A DNA stretch of 64,000 nt from the NCBI GenBank assembly GCA_964016885.1, contig OZ024762.1, forward strand, positions 18,166,001 to 18,230,000, read 5' to 3'. The stretch is from Eledone cirrhosa. Lineage: Eukaryota. The notes beneath the pieces are model-generated. The model ran no database searches and was not told the DNA's origin. It worked only from the letters and a program-made list of their open reading frames with translations. Both the position numbers and the translations under genes were made by a program. Below, one piece after another: positions 1 to 11,981 of the stretch (positions within the stretch are counted from its first letter, which is position 1; every line of letters begins with the position of its first letter).

Positions 1-113
1 ATCAGATGTAAAATAGTGGGGCTAGCTTATATTTGAGTGTATATCAGATATAAAATAGTGGCGCTAGCTTATATTTGAGTATATATATATGGTATTCATT
101 TCTTTCTTGACAG

Positions 114-233
114 ATACAAATGAATGTATTACTGGTAATATTTGTGGGCGTGGCACATGTACTAATCTGATTGGTCAGTTTGAATGTTCCTGTGAAGATG
201 GTTACGCACCTGGGCCTGAAGGCACCTGTGAAG
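114..233 (+). CDS. FBN: Fibrillin exon, cbEGF ([40 protein letters not shown]); gene continues upstream of window
   Basis: AG/GT-bounded 120-nt phase 1-1 exon with D-x-N-E-C calcium consensus and 6 Cys. Confidence 0.93.
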
Positions 234-265
234 GTAATGGACATTATTATTATTATTATTATTAG

Positions 266-1006
266 GGTGGTGGATTGGCAGTATCGGTAGAGGGTTGGAC
301 GCCATGCTTTGAAGCATAGAGTTACGGCCCTTGCCATTCTGAGTTCAAATCCCGCCGAGGTTAACTTTGCCTTTCATCCTTACGGGATCGATAAAATAAA
401 GTACCAGTAATACACTGGGATAATTGCTGGCCTTGTGCCAAAAGTAGAAACAATTATTATTATTATTATAAGGCAGTGGTTTGGCAGTATCGGTAGAGTG
501 CCAGACACCATGCTTTGCAGCACAGAGTTATGGCCCTTTACGTTCTGAGTTTAAACCCCGCCGAAGTTAGCTTTGCCTTTCATCCTTACGGGGTTGATAA
601 AATAAAGCACCAGTAATGCACTGGGGTCAATTTAATCAACTTTCCCCTCTCCCAAATTACTGGCCTTGTGCCTATAGTAGAAATCATCATTATTGTGGAT
701 TGGCAGTATCGGTAGAGGGTCGGACATCATGCTTTGACGCATAGAGTTACGGCCCTTTCCATTCTGAGTTCAAATCCCGCCGAGTTTAACTTTGCCTTTC
801 ATCCTTACGGGGGTCGATAAAATAAAGTACCAGTAATGCACTGGGTAATTGCTGGCCTTGTGCCTAAAGTAGAAACAATTATTATTATTATTAGGCGGTG
901 GATTAGCAGTATTGGTAGGGCGTCGAACACTATGCTTCGCAGCATAGAGTTAAGGCCCTTTACTTTCTGAGTTCAAATCCCACTGAGCTTAGCTTTGCCT
1001 TTCATT
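266..1006 (+). mobile_element. Four head-to-tail copies of tRNA-derived SINE family A (about 190-230 bp, (TAT)n tail)
   Basis: A box TGGCAGTATCGG, B box GAGTTCAAATCC, body GCCTTTCATCCTTACGGGGTCGATAAAATAAAGTACCAG; more than 25 copies in the window (e.g. 8720, 8925, 12225-12835, 18205-18650, 22540, 28955, 33320, 43560-44200). Confidence 0.9.
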
Positions 1007-1084
1007 GAAAGTTTTTTAAAATTTTATATCTGTTCTTTTCCATTCCTTTCAAGATCCCTTTCATTATTTTCCTCCTTTTCCCAG

Positions 1085-1207
1085 ATTTGAACGAATGTCA
1101 GACAGAGCTGAACAAATGTGCCTTCCGCTGTGTCAATACACCGGGATCATTCCGCTGTATTTGTCCCATAGGATATCGGTTGGCAGATGACAACAAACAC
1201 TGTGTTG
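1085..1207 (+). CDS. FBN: Fibrillin exon, cbEGF (DLNECQTELNKCAFRCVNTPGSFRCICPIGYRLADDNKHCV)
   Basis: ccag/gtaag, 123 nt; CAFRCVNT motif typical of the fibrillin cbEGFs preceding TB7. Confidence 0.95.
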
Positions 1208-1546
1208 GTAAGTTCCCTATTTTTTGTTGACTCACAGTAATGTCTTCCTTCAAGACTTTTGATCCTATCCTCCACCTCAGATACACCACACCCTTTATAT
1301 ATATACTGGGTGTACCAAAAAGACTCACCAGACAAACTCACTTGAGTATGGGCTGAGTTTGACTATCATGTAGATGTATCTCATTTGTTTGGAGGGCATA
1401 TTGAGCATTTGTACAAATTGTAAATAAAACTTTATATTGTATTGTACAAGTCCCTGCATGATTATATGTTCATTTGTTTAAAAAATATAACCTTTTGAAA
1501 TCAGATGATTATTTTTGACACACCCTCTCTATTTATATATATACAT

Positions 1547-1890
1547 GGAGGCACATGGCTTAGTGGTTAGAGGATTGGCCTTGCAATCAAAAGGTTGTGA
1601 GTTCAATTCTCAGACCGGGTGATGTGTTGTTTCCTTGAGCAAGACACTTTATTTCACATTGCTCCAGTTTACTCAGCTGTAGAAATGAGATGATAGGGAC
1701 TGAGGTCCCTATCATTCCACTGTAAAGTGGTCGTGTAGGTGCCACGGCAAAAAAGCACCCAGCACTCACTGTAAATGAGGTTGGTGTTAGGAAGGGCATC
1801 CAGCTGTAGAAATCAAGCCAGAATCAGTTCCTGTCCCACCCTTGCAAGCAGGGAAAAAGCGAACGTAAAAATGAAATGATGATGAAAATG
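1547..1890 (+). mobile_element. SINE family B (tRNA head, CORE-like segment, RTE-like tail, (ATG)n end)
   Basis: TGGCTTAGTGG A box, GAGTTCAATTC B box, CCTTGAGCAAGACACTT CORE-like; near-identical copies elsewhere in the window. Confidence 0.88.
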
Positions 1891-1999
1891 ATATATATAT
1901 ATTGATTTCATTAAGTCTGAATAGTGAGTCTTGGTACTCTGGAGTTCACCTGCTTATCACAGGCTCATTAGACAGGAACATATATACATATAAATATAC

Positions 2000-2042
<43 letters not shown>

Positions 2043-2045
<3 letters not shown>

Positions 2046-2388
2046 TCATCATTTCATCATCATTTCATTTTACGTCCGCTTTTTCCCTGCTTGCAAGGGT
2101 GGGACGGGAACTGATGCTGGCTTGATTTCTACAGCTGGATGCCCTTCCTAACACCAACCTCATTTACAGTGAGTGCTGGGTGCTTTTTTCCGTGGCACCT
2201 CCACGACCACTTTGCAGTGGAATGATATGGACCCCACTCCCTATCATCTCATTTCTACAGCTGAGTAAACTGGAGCAATGTGAAATAAAGTGTCTTGCTC
2301 AAGGAAACAACACATCACCTGGTCTGAGAATTGAACTCACAACCTTTCGATTGCAAGGCCAATGCTCTAATCACTAAGCCATGTGCCT

Positions 2389-2390
<2 letters not shown>
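2043..2390 (-). mobile_element. SINE B, inverted relative to the 1547-1890 copy
   Basis: reverse complement of 1547-1890. Confidence 0.88.
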
Positions 2391-2432
<42 letters not shown>

Positions 2433-2632
2433 ATATATTTTCTGAGGAATTGTTGAGGTGTGATGTCTGAAGTATTGCGAGACTGATTGGAAATACCAAT
2501 ATCTCCTAATAGTCCCGTAGACAATGACGTAACTTAATAATGAAACACGTGTTAAAAAAAAAAAAAAAGAATATATATATATATATGCTGTTATATGTTG
2601 AAAAATGAAATGTTGCCATTAAAATATTTCAG

Positions 2633-2752
2633 ATGTTGATGAATGCCAGACCAATGCCAATAAATGTCCCTACAATTGTAAGAATTTGGTTGGTTCCTTC
2701 CTCTGTGTTTGTCCTGAAGGATACCGTTCTGAAGGCACTGACAACTGTATAG
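2633..2752 (+). CDS. FBN: Fibrillin exon, cbEGF (DVDECQTNANKCPYNCKNLVGSFLCVCPEGYRSEGTDNCI)
   Basis: tcag/gtacag, 120 nt, phase 1-1. Confidence 0.94.
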   Translation: MLMNARPMPINVPTIVRIWLVPSSVFVLKDTVLKALTTV

Positions 2753-2963
2753 GTACAGTACATAACATTCTCTTTATCTGCATACTTTACTATTCTGTCT
2801 GTACTCTCTCTCTATCTTTCTCTCTCACTCTTCAAATCTGGAGAGAAAATGGAGTCTACAAGGATTTAAAATGCTCCATAAATGCTGTATGTCAATATGG
2901 TACCCCTACTTCCACCAGGAGTTATGGGTTCATATATACATACACACACACATACACACACAT

Positions 2964-3015
<52 letters not shown>

Positions 3016-3225
3016 CCAAAAGTTTAACAAGGTTCATTGATTAATCAATGAATAAAGTTTTACAATAGATTAGAAGCACTCAACAGGGAGGTTTTCTGGA
3101 GTTATTAATATTACTTCAAAATATTAATAAATATAGACATTCATGTGATCAAATATATTTTATTTGACTGCCAAGACTGGAATTGAACCATCAGCACAGT
3201 TGAGGTATGTCAGACATCATCAATT

Positions 3226-3291
3226 TATTTTATCTGATGAGGACGTACTGGTGAAATAGCTCAGTACCTCTGAAATATGTATAATAAAATA
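3226..3291 (+). ncRNA. Minimal type-I hammerhead ribozyme motif
   Basis: tattttat-CTGATGA-gga c gtactg..cagtac c tct-GAAA-tatgta-TA-ataaaata. Confidence 0.75.
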
Positions 3292-3333
3292 TATTTTATC
3301 ACATGAATGGCTATATTTATTAATATTTTGAAG

Positions 3334-3394
<61 letters not shown>

Positions 3395-3434
3395 TAAATA
3401 AAAGTCAAATGATTAAAATTTAGCTTCGTTTATT

Positions 3435-3489
3435 ACTGCTATATATATTTCAGTGACAGCCATCTTTGGCTGTGACCTCTTCAGGCAGT
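3435..3489 (-). ncRNA. Minimal type-I hammerhead motif (mirror copy of 3681-3735)
   Basis: reverse complement of the 3681-3735 motif inside a long palindrome. Confidence 0.75.
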
Positions 3490-3680
3490 TTGAATTAGTA
3501 TGGTATAGACAAGTACATATGTTGTTTAGGTGTATAATATTGTCAATACTCTGATATGCCCAGTTCCTGGTTGGGTTCCCCAGTGAATTAACAACCCAAC
3601 AAGGAACTGGGCATATCAGAGTATTGACAATATCATACACCTAAACAACATATGTACTTGTCTACACCATACTAATTCAA

Positions 3681-3735
3681 ACTGCCTGAAGAGGTCACAG
3701 CCAAAGATGGCTGTCACTGAAATATATATAGCAGT
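3681..3735 (+). ncRNA. Minimal type-I hammerhead motif
   Basis: actgc-CTGAAGA-ggt c acagcca aaga tggctgt c act-GAAA-tatata-TA-gcagt. Confidence 0.8.
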
Positions 3736-4050
3736 AATAAACGAAGCTAAATTTTAATCATTTGACTTTTATTTTACTTTATTTTACACTACTCCGGAGT
3801 AACCAAACCAACCTGCGCACTTCGTCGAGTGCTCCAGCCTGCATACTGAGGTGTTGGTATACAACCAACATAAACTCAAAATCTATATATATATATATAT
3901 ATATATATTATGGTTAATGTCTTCAACACATAAATGTTGCTCCGCCCAGATTCAAATGCTACATGTAAGCTAGATTGTGCTTTTGAACAGATACATGAAA
4001 CGCTATCTTCAGGCAACTGTAAACAAAGAAGGCTGACGCTACTACATGAG

Positions 4051-4086
<36 letters not shown>

Positions 4087-4617
4087 ATGCACACATATAT
4101 ATACATATAGATATATATATATACACATATACATGCACACATATATATACATATAGATATATATATATACACATGGTGGCTGCCAACTCGTTTTCGAGTA
4201 CGGCCACTACTTTATATCCATGTAGGAGAACCCCTACTGATGCTCTGAACGAGTGTGACTTTTTAGTCCAGCCAGCGACTTGAAAACTCTGGTACAAACA
4301 CTACACTTGTGACAATTATTGGCACATAGTGCTGGGCCCATGGTACCATGTGACGACAAGTGCAGAGAGATCTCCAGATATAAAGCAATGCCTGTGCCGC
4401 GAAGCTTTTATAGTGAGCAAAGGCACTGCACAAAGCCAGTCCCACTCTCTTAACCAAGATGATATTTACCAAAAAGAAGAACAAGTCAACATCATTGGAT
4501 ACCATCGGGGCTGCAGGTGTTATATCAGAGTTTTCCTTCTCCTAGAATTCTGCCTTGACAAAGGCTAAGGGTTCATCTCACCCTGTATATATATACATAC
4601 ACACACATATATGTATA

Positions 4618-4785
4618 CCGTATTTCCCTACGTCAAAGACGCTACTTATTTCCTAAAATAAGTCTCAAAAATCTACCATGCGTCCTGGAGGCCGAAGGTT
4701 GTTTATTATTTTTTTTCAAAGTTTTTGGTTGTCAAAATTAGAGTGTGTCCTCAAGGACAAACCGTCTTCGGCGCTGGGAAATAGA

Positions 4786-4786
<1 letters not shown>
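4618..4786. mobile_element. Possible pogo/mariner-type MITE
   Basis: TA-CCGTATTTCCC ... GGGAAATAGAG, imperfect TIR. Confidence 0.45.
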
Positions 4787-4830
<44 letters not shown>

Positions 4831-4988
4831 GGAGGTGAGTTTTATTGTAGTACAATAAAGCAATGCAGATATCGGATAAGAAGCACTCTACAGTTTGTAG
4901 GACTGGAGTATACATAATATATAAGATCAAAAGTTGATTTAAAACTGCACTATCCACAAGTGTTTTTAACCTTCATATCATGTCTTCC

Positions 4989-5059
4989 TATTTTATCTGA
5001 TGAAAACACAAATGTTATTGCATGATGATATTTGTTTTTGAAATGCGCATAATAAAATA
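4989..5059 (+). ncRNA. Minimal type-I hammerhead motif
   Basis: tattttat-CTGATGA-aaa c acaaatgtta..tgatatttgt t ttt-GAAA-tgcgca-TA-ataaaata; palindromic TGCGCA stem III. Confidence 0.8.
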
Positions 5060-5087
5060 CATGGAACTCTTTTAACCATCTTTTGAT

Positions 5088-5122
<35 letters not shown>

Positions 5123-5345
5123 TATATTATATTTTGAGAATAAACTCTCAGTCGTTTACAATAATTCAGCTCCAAGAAAAGGGGCATTTCCCAATATATA
5201 TTGGCCTTTGCCAATATAAGCTTGTCTTTATTGACTTATATCGAGACAGACAAATTGTATTCACTTTAATTAGTTTATTTCATTAATAGCTAGCTTTGTC
5301 TGTTACAATGCAAACACGTTTTTGTGTTTATCATATATTTTAATG

Positions 5346-5376
<31 letters not shown>

Positions 5377-5415
5377 AAATTACTAAAAAATACCAACAAA
5401 TGTTTCATATTTCAG

Positions 5416-5538
5416 ATATCAACGAATGCCGTGAAAATAACCCATGTGAAAATGGCCGTTGCAGGAATACAAATGGAGGTTACATTTGCTCTTGTTATCC
5501 TGGCTATCAACTAAGTCCTGATCAAACAAAATGTCTAG
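5416..5538 (+). CDS. FBN: Fibrillin exon, cbEGF (DINECRENNPCENGRCRNTNGGYICSCYPGYQLSPDQTKCL)
   Basis: tcag/gtaag, 123 nt. Confidence 0.95.
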
Positions 5539-5661
5539 GTAAGGTGAACTTATAAAGGAGATATTCAGTTTATACATGAATCAATCAAGAGATGTTAGAA
5601 TTTGGGAATGAAAGAGTGAATATATGATAGATTACAGATCAATGCAGCTGTATATAGATAT

Positions 5662-6250
5662 TATGACAGCTCAATAGCTATGTAAAAATATAGTAAATGA
5701 CAGCTCAGTAGCTATGTAAAAATATAGTAAATGACAGCTCAATAGCTCTGTAAAATATGGTAAATGACAGCTCAATAGCTCTGTAAAATATGGTAAATGA
5801 CAGCTCAACAGCTCTGTAAAAATATGGTAAATGACAGCTCAATAGCTATGTAAAAATATAGTAAATGACAGCTCAGTAGCTATGTAAAAATATAGTAAAT
5901 GACAGCTCAGTAGCTATGTAAAAATATAGTAAATGACAGCTCAATAGCTCTGTAAAATATGGTAAATGACAGCTCAATAGCTCTGTAAAATATGGTAAAT
6001 GACAGCTCAACAGCTCTGTAAAAATATGGTAAATGACAGCTCAATAGCTATGTAAAAATATAGTAAATGACAGCTCAATAGCTATGTAAAAATATGGTAA
6101 ATGACAGCTCAGTAGCTATGTAAAAATATGGTAAATGACAGCTCAACAGCTCTGTAAAAATATGGTAAATGACAGCTCAATAGCTCTGTGAAAATATGAT
6201 AAATGACAACTCAATTTCTCTGTAAAAATATGATAAATGACAGCTCAGGC
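5662..6250. repeat. 33-34-bp minisatellite (ATGACAGCTCAATAGCTATGTAAAAATATAGTAA)
   Basis: about 17 tandem copies. Confidence 0.92.
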
Positions 6251-6565
6251 ATTATGAAAAAAAAACATGATACATTGGAGAACAGAAGTTATGTGAATTC
6301 ATTAGATTAGATCTCAAAAGTAATTTCAAAACTCAATACATTACAGCTCAATATCTCTGTAAAGACAATAATTTACAGCTCAAAATTTATGTGAAGACAA
6401 ATTACAGATCAAAAATGTGAAGATATTAAATAACAGCTCAAACCCTCTTCAAGATCATGATAAAATAGAGCTAAAAATTATGTGAAGATATATTAGAACA
6501 GAGCTCAAAAGTTATGTGAAGACACATTAGAAGAGAACTCAAAGGTTATTTCCAGGTACAACAGA

Positions 6566-7698
6566 TTATAGCTCAATATCTCTGTGGAGACACAATAGAG
6601 TACAGCTAAAAAGTTATGTGAATGTATATTGTATTACTGCTTAAATGTTATGTGAAGATATGATAGAACAGAGTTCAAAAGTTATGTGAATACATATTAT
6701 AGTAGGATTATAGCTCAATATCTCTGTGGAGACACAATAGAGTATAGTTAAAAAGTTATGTGAATGTATATTGTATTACTGCTTAAATGTTATGTGAAGA
6801 TATGATAGAACAGAGTTCAAAAGTTATGTGAATACATATTATAGTAGGATTATAGCTCAATATCTCTGTGGAGACACAATAGAGTACAGCTAAAAAGTTA
6901 TGTGAATGTATATTGTATTACTGCTTAAATGTTATGTGAAGATATGATAGAACAGAGTTCAAAAGTTATGTGAATACATATTATAGTAGGATTATAGCTC
7001 AATATCTCTGTGGAGACACAATAGAGTATAGTTAAAAAGTTATGTGAATGTATATTGTATTACTGCTTAAATGTTATGTGAAGATATGATAGAACAGAGT
7101 TCAAAAGTTATGTGAATACATATTATAGTAGGATTATAGCTCAATATCTCTGTGGAGACACAATAGAGTACAGCTAAAAAGTTATGTGAATATATATTGT
7201 ATTACTGCTTAAATGTTATGTGAAGATATGATAGAACAGAGTTCAAAAGTTATGTGAATACATATTATAGTAGGATTATAGCTCAATATCTCTGTGGAGA
7301 CACAATAGAGTATAGCTAAAAAGTTATGTGAATATATATTGTATTACTGCTTAAATGTTATGTGAAGATATGATAGAACAGAGTTCAAAAGTTATGTGAA
7401 TACATATTATAGTAGGATTATAGCTCAATATCTCTGTGGAGACACAATAGAGTACAGCTAAAAAGTTATGTGAATATATATTGTATTACTGCTTAAATGT
7501 TATGTGAAGATATGATAGAACAGAGTTCAAAAGTTATGTGAATACATATTATAGTAGGATTATAGCTCAATATCTCTGTGGAGACACAATAGAGTATAGC
7601 TAAAAAGTTATGTGAATATATATTGTATTACTGCTTAAATGTTATGTGAAGATATGATAGAACAGAGTTCAAAAGTTATGTGAATACATATTATAGTA
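6566..7698. repeat. 142-bp tandem repeat, about 8 copies
   Basis: TAGCTC recurs at 6711, 6853, 6995 etc. Confidence 0.92.
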
Positions 7699-8004
7699 GG
7701 GCAGTGCTAGTATCAGTAGAGCATCAGACAACACATAATTACATAGAGGTCATTCAACACTGTCTGATGGGCACCTGAACGCACTTACCCTCCCTCACTA
7801 TCCCTAGAACATCTAGCAGTACTCAATCAAATTTTCAGTTTTCATTTTTCAATTTCCTATTCTCTTTGCCCTTTCTTCTATGACAAGTATGGGTCCAATG
7901 TAACCCTGTAATGTAATTCTGTCAAAGTTACTCGATGAGACCATCCTGTCTTGCATCATAAATGGATGATGGAGTTGGGCCATTGAAATATGTATAATGA
8001 TTAT

Positions 8005-8350
8005 GGAGGCACATGGCTTAGTGGTTAGAGCATTGGCCTTGCAATCGAAAGGTTGTGAGTTCAATTCTCAGACCGGGCGGTGTGTTGTTTCCTTGAGCAA
8101 GACACTTTATTTCCCATTGCTCCAGTTTACTCAGCTGTAGAAATGAGATGATAGGGACTGGGGTCCCTATCATTCCACTGCAAAGTGGTCATGGAGGTGC
8201 CATGGCAAAAAAGCTCCCAGCACTCACTGTAAATGAGGTTGGTGTTAGGAAGGGCATCCAGCTGTAGAAATCAAGCCAGAATCAGTTCCCGTCCCACCCT
8301 TGCAAGCAGGGGAAAAGCAGACGTAAAATGAAATGAAATGAAATGAAATT
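8005..8350 (+). mobile_element. SINE B
   Basis: near-identical to 1547-1890. Confidence 0.88.
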
Positions 8351-8556
8351 TGATGGAATTAAAATTGACAGCATAACTTCCAGTCCGGGCTTCTGTTGTC
8401 GTTTTATAAATATATTCTGTCATTACTACAACAGAGGTCCAACGAGCTTTTGATTCCATACGGGCCAGATTGATACAGATCGATACTTGAGCTGATCAAT
8501 AGCGAAACATGCATCACCAATCAATAAATGTAATGAAGGCTTAACAAATCATCCTT

Positions 8557-8597
<41 letters not shown>

Positions 8598-8829
8598 CAT
8601 TCCAGCGTATCTCCCTTGTTGTCCTCCAGTGCAATATATTCTCCATTCTGTTGGCCAGGACCGACAGGTGGAGGATACCCATTTGATTAAACAGAGGACG
8701 CGATGCCCTTTATGGTCTGAATTCAAATCCTGCTGAGGTTAACTTTGCCTTTCATCCTTATGAGGTCGATAAAATAAAGTACCAGTAATGCACGGGGTAA
8801 TTGCTGGCCTTGTGCCAAAAGTAGAAACA

Positions 8830-8862
<33 letters not shown>

Positions 8863-9082
8863 CCAGTAATGCACTGGGTAATTGCTGGCCTTGTGGCTAA
8901 AGTAGAAACAATTATTATTATTGAGTGTCGGACGCCATGCTTTCCAGCATAGTTACGTCCCTTTACAATCTGAGTTCAAATCCCGCCGAGGTTGACTTTG
9001 CCTTTCATCCTTACGGGGTCGATAAAATAAAGTACCAGTAATGCACTGGGTAATTGCTGGCCTTGTGCCTAAAGTAGAAACA

Positions 9083-9123
<41 letters not shown>

Positions 9124-9353
9124 TATACTATTGATGAGATAGGTCATGTTTCAGTTTCTAAAGTGGTATAAAAGACAGGATGGAGAATATATTGCGCTGG
9201 AGGACAACAAGGGAGATACGCTGGGACAGTCACTCCACCTCACAGGGCTTGCTCCTGCAGGCAGCCAACTTTGCCCCTTCCCATCCTCAATGTTTGACTT
9301 TATGGCGATCTACATAAGGAATTAATAGGTTATTGCTATATTTTCTATTAAAG

Positions 9354-9506
9354 ATCTTCGTCAAGGATACTGTTACAACAAGCTTGTACGTGGTCGTTGT
9401 GTACCTAGCCATGGCATAAAGAGAACTGCTCGCCACATCTGTTGTTGCACAGGACTTGCTGAAGCTTGGGGCCCTGGCTGTGAAAGATGTCCAACAATTG
9501 TTTCAG
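9354..9506 (+). CDS. FBN: Fibrillin exon, TB (8-Cys) domain first part (DLRQGYCYNKLVRGRC...ICCCTGLAEAWGPGCERCP)
   Basis: aag/gtaag, 153 nt; CCC triplet and AWGxxCExCP are TB signatures. Confidence 0.94.
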
Positions 9507-9817
9507 GTAAGGAATATCTAGATACTAATGTTTCTTTGCTAATTACTTGAAATAATTTCTGACACATTTACCTCCTCCTCTTCTCCTTCTTACTCCCATC
9601 ATTCCTCCCACTGTCATTTTAATCCTTCCTCAACACATGACTCAACCATCTCATACTACAACATTCATCACTGGCTCTATTCCCATCAATCCTCTCTCTC
9701 ACCCAGTTACTTTCAGCCTTCCTCAACCCATGTCCAAACTACCTCATTGAGTAGACTGATTGCTTTTCACTCTGACACCAATATGACCCCCACCCTCACC
9801 CGTTAGAGAGTACAGTA

Positions 9818-10880
9818 GGTGCTTTTTGTTGTGGCACCAGCACTACCGTCTTACAGAGTGGACTGACTACGTTTTCTCAACACTAACATCTTACAGAATG
9901 AACTGGCTGTTTTTTGTTGTGGCACCAGCACTACCATCTTACAGAGTGGACTGACTACGTTTTCTCAACACTGACATCTTACAGAATGAACTGGCTGTTT
10001 TTTGTTGTGGCACCAGCACTACCGTCTTACAGAGTGGACTGACTACGTTTTCTCAACACTAACATCTTACAGAATGAACTGGCTGTTTTTTGTTGTGGCA
10101 CCAGCACTACCGTCTTACAGAGTGGACTGACTACATTTTCTCAATAACTAACATCTCACAGAATGAACTGGCTGTTTTTTGTTGTGGCACCAGCACTACC
10201 GTCTTACAGAGTGGACTGACTACGTTTTCTCAACAACTAACATCTTACAGAATGAACTGGCTGTTTTTTGTTGTGGCACCAGCACTACCATCTTACAGAG
10301 TGGACTGACTACGTTTTCTCAACAACTAACATCTTACAGAATGAACTGGCTGTTTTTTGTTGTGGCACCAGCACTACCGTCTTACAGAGTGGACTGACTA
10401 CGTTTTCTCAACAACTAACATCTTACAGAATGAACTGGCTGTTTTTTGTTGTGGCACCAGCACTACCATCTTACAGAGTGGACTGACTACGTTTTCTCAA
10501 CACTAACATCTTACAGAATGAACTAGCTGTTTTTTGTTGTGGCACCAGCACTACCGTCTTACAGAGTGGACTGACTACGTTTTCTCAACACTAACATCTT
10601 ACAGAATGAACTGGCTGTTTTTTGTTGTGGCACCAGCACTACCATCTTACAGAGTGGACTGACTACGTTTTCTCAACACTAACATCTTACAGAATGAACT
10701 GGCTGTTTTTTCTTGTGGCACCAGCACTACCATCTTACAGAGTGAACTGACTACGTTTTCTCAACACTAACATCTTACAGAATGAACTGGCTGTTTTTTG
10801 TTGTGGCACCAGCACTACCATCTTACAGAGTGGACTTACTGCTTTTTATTGTGGTACCATTACTACAATCTTACAGAGTT
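9818..10880. repeat. 88-89-bp tandem repeat (dimer of a SINE-B-related module)
   Basis: GTTGTGGCACCAGCACTACC..TTACAGAGTGGACTG, about 11 copies. Confidence 0.9.
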
Positions 10881-11237
10881 TGCGGAACCACATCTAGCCA
10901 AGCTTTGTAACTGACACTCTTGTGGACACGATAAGAAGACAGAGTGGACTGGGTGCTTTTTGTTGTGCCACTTTTCATAGAAAACTTTATTAAATATTGT
11001 TATATTTCGGGATGGTCATGTTTCCAGTATTGCCAGTAGAAAGAAGCACATGCACCATATAATTTCACTTTAGCATTATTGCTCATTCTTCATTTGCTTG
11101 TCAAAGTTCTTTCATTACACATTCTGTGACCTCTTCAATGACTATGTTTTGTGCCTCCTCTCCTTTCTGGTCTTAAGCTTCCACTCCATCTTGTTTTGTG
11201 GTGCATTTTTTAATAAATTTTTTGTTTATATTAACAG

Positions 11238-11291
11238 AACAGTTTTCCAGAATTTGTCCAAATCAAGTGGGATATCTACCAAATGGAACTG
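11238..11291 (+). CDS. FBN: Fibrillin micro-exon completing the TB domain (EQFSRICPNQVGYLPNGT)
   Basis: acag/gtacgt, 54 nt, phase 1-1; supplies the eighth TB Cys (F..ICP...G.Y). Confidence 0.88.
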
Positions 11292-11476
11292 GTACGTACA
11301 GAGTAGATACCTTTCTTATTACAATAATTACATTGTAAATAACACTTTTAGCACTGGAGATAGTTTATGTGAATATATATGTGTGCGTGCGTGTGTGTGT
11401 GTGTGTGAAAGCGAGTTGCACTAATCTTGTTTGAAAATACAAATTACATGTTTTTACATACATCTCTCTCTCTCTT

Positions 11477-11507
<31 letters not shown>

Positions 11508-11599
11508 TTGTATCTATGTATGTTTGTCCATCTATGTCTATCTATTTATCTATCTACCAGTTTGTATACCAAACTTCAAATACAATTCTCTCTCTCTCC

Positions 11600-11639
<40 letters not shown>

Positions 11640-11781
11640 TTAAGGATACTATTTATGGTTATGTATATACTAAAACTTTTTATAGTTATATATATTTTAA
11701 ACCCTAAACAGTGAAAGACAGTAATTTATTACTACCTTATTACCAGTAATAAATGGTTTGAACAGAACTTTGATTCTTGTG

Positions 11782-11855
<74 letters not shown>

Positions 11856-11981
11856 TTGTATTTCTGAATGTTTGTCCACCTATATCTATCTATCTATGCC
11901 TCTTTATCTGTCTGTCTATCTGTCTGGATACCAATTTTCAAATACAATTCTTTCTTTCTTTCGCTGTGTTTCAAATTCCAG

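Noticed and set aside
1547-1620. SINE heads as tRNA genes
   Set aside because: A and B boxes are present but the cloverleaf is poor and always fused to a repeat body
1587-2377. Recurrent ORF MPFLTPTSFTVSAGCFF... (also 13713 and 50689) as a small gene family
   Set aside because: Antisense translation of SINE B
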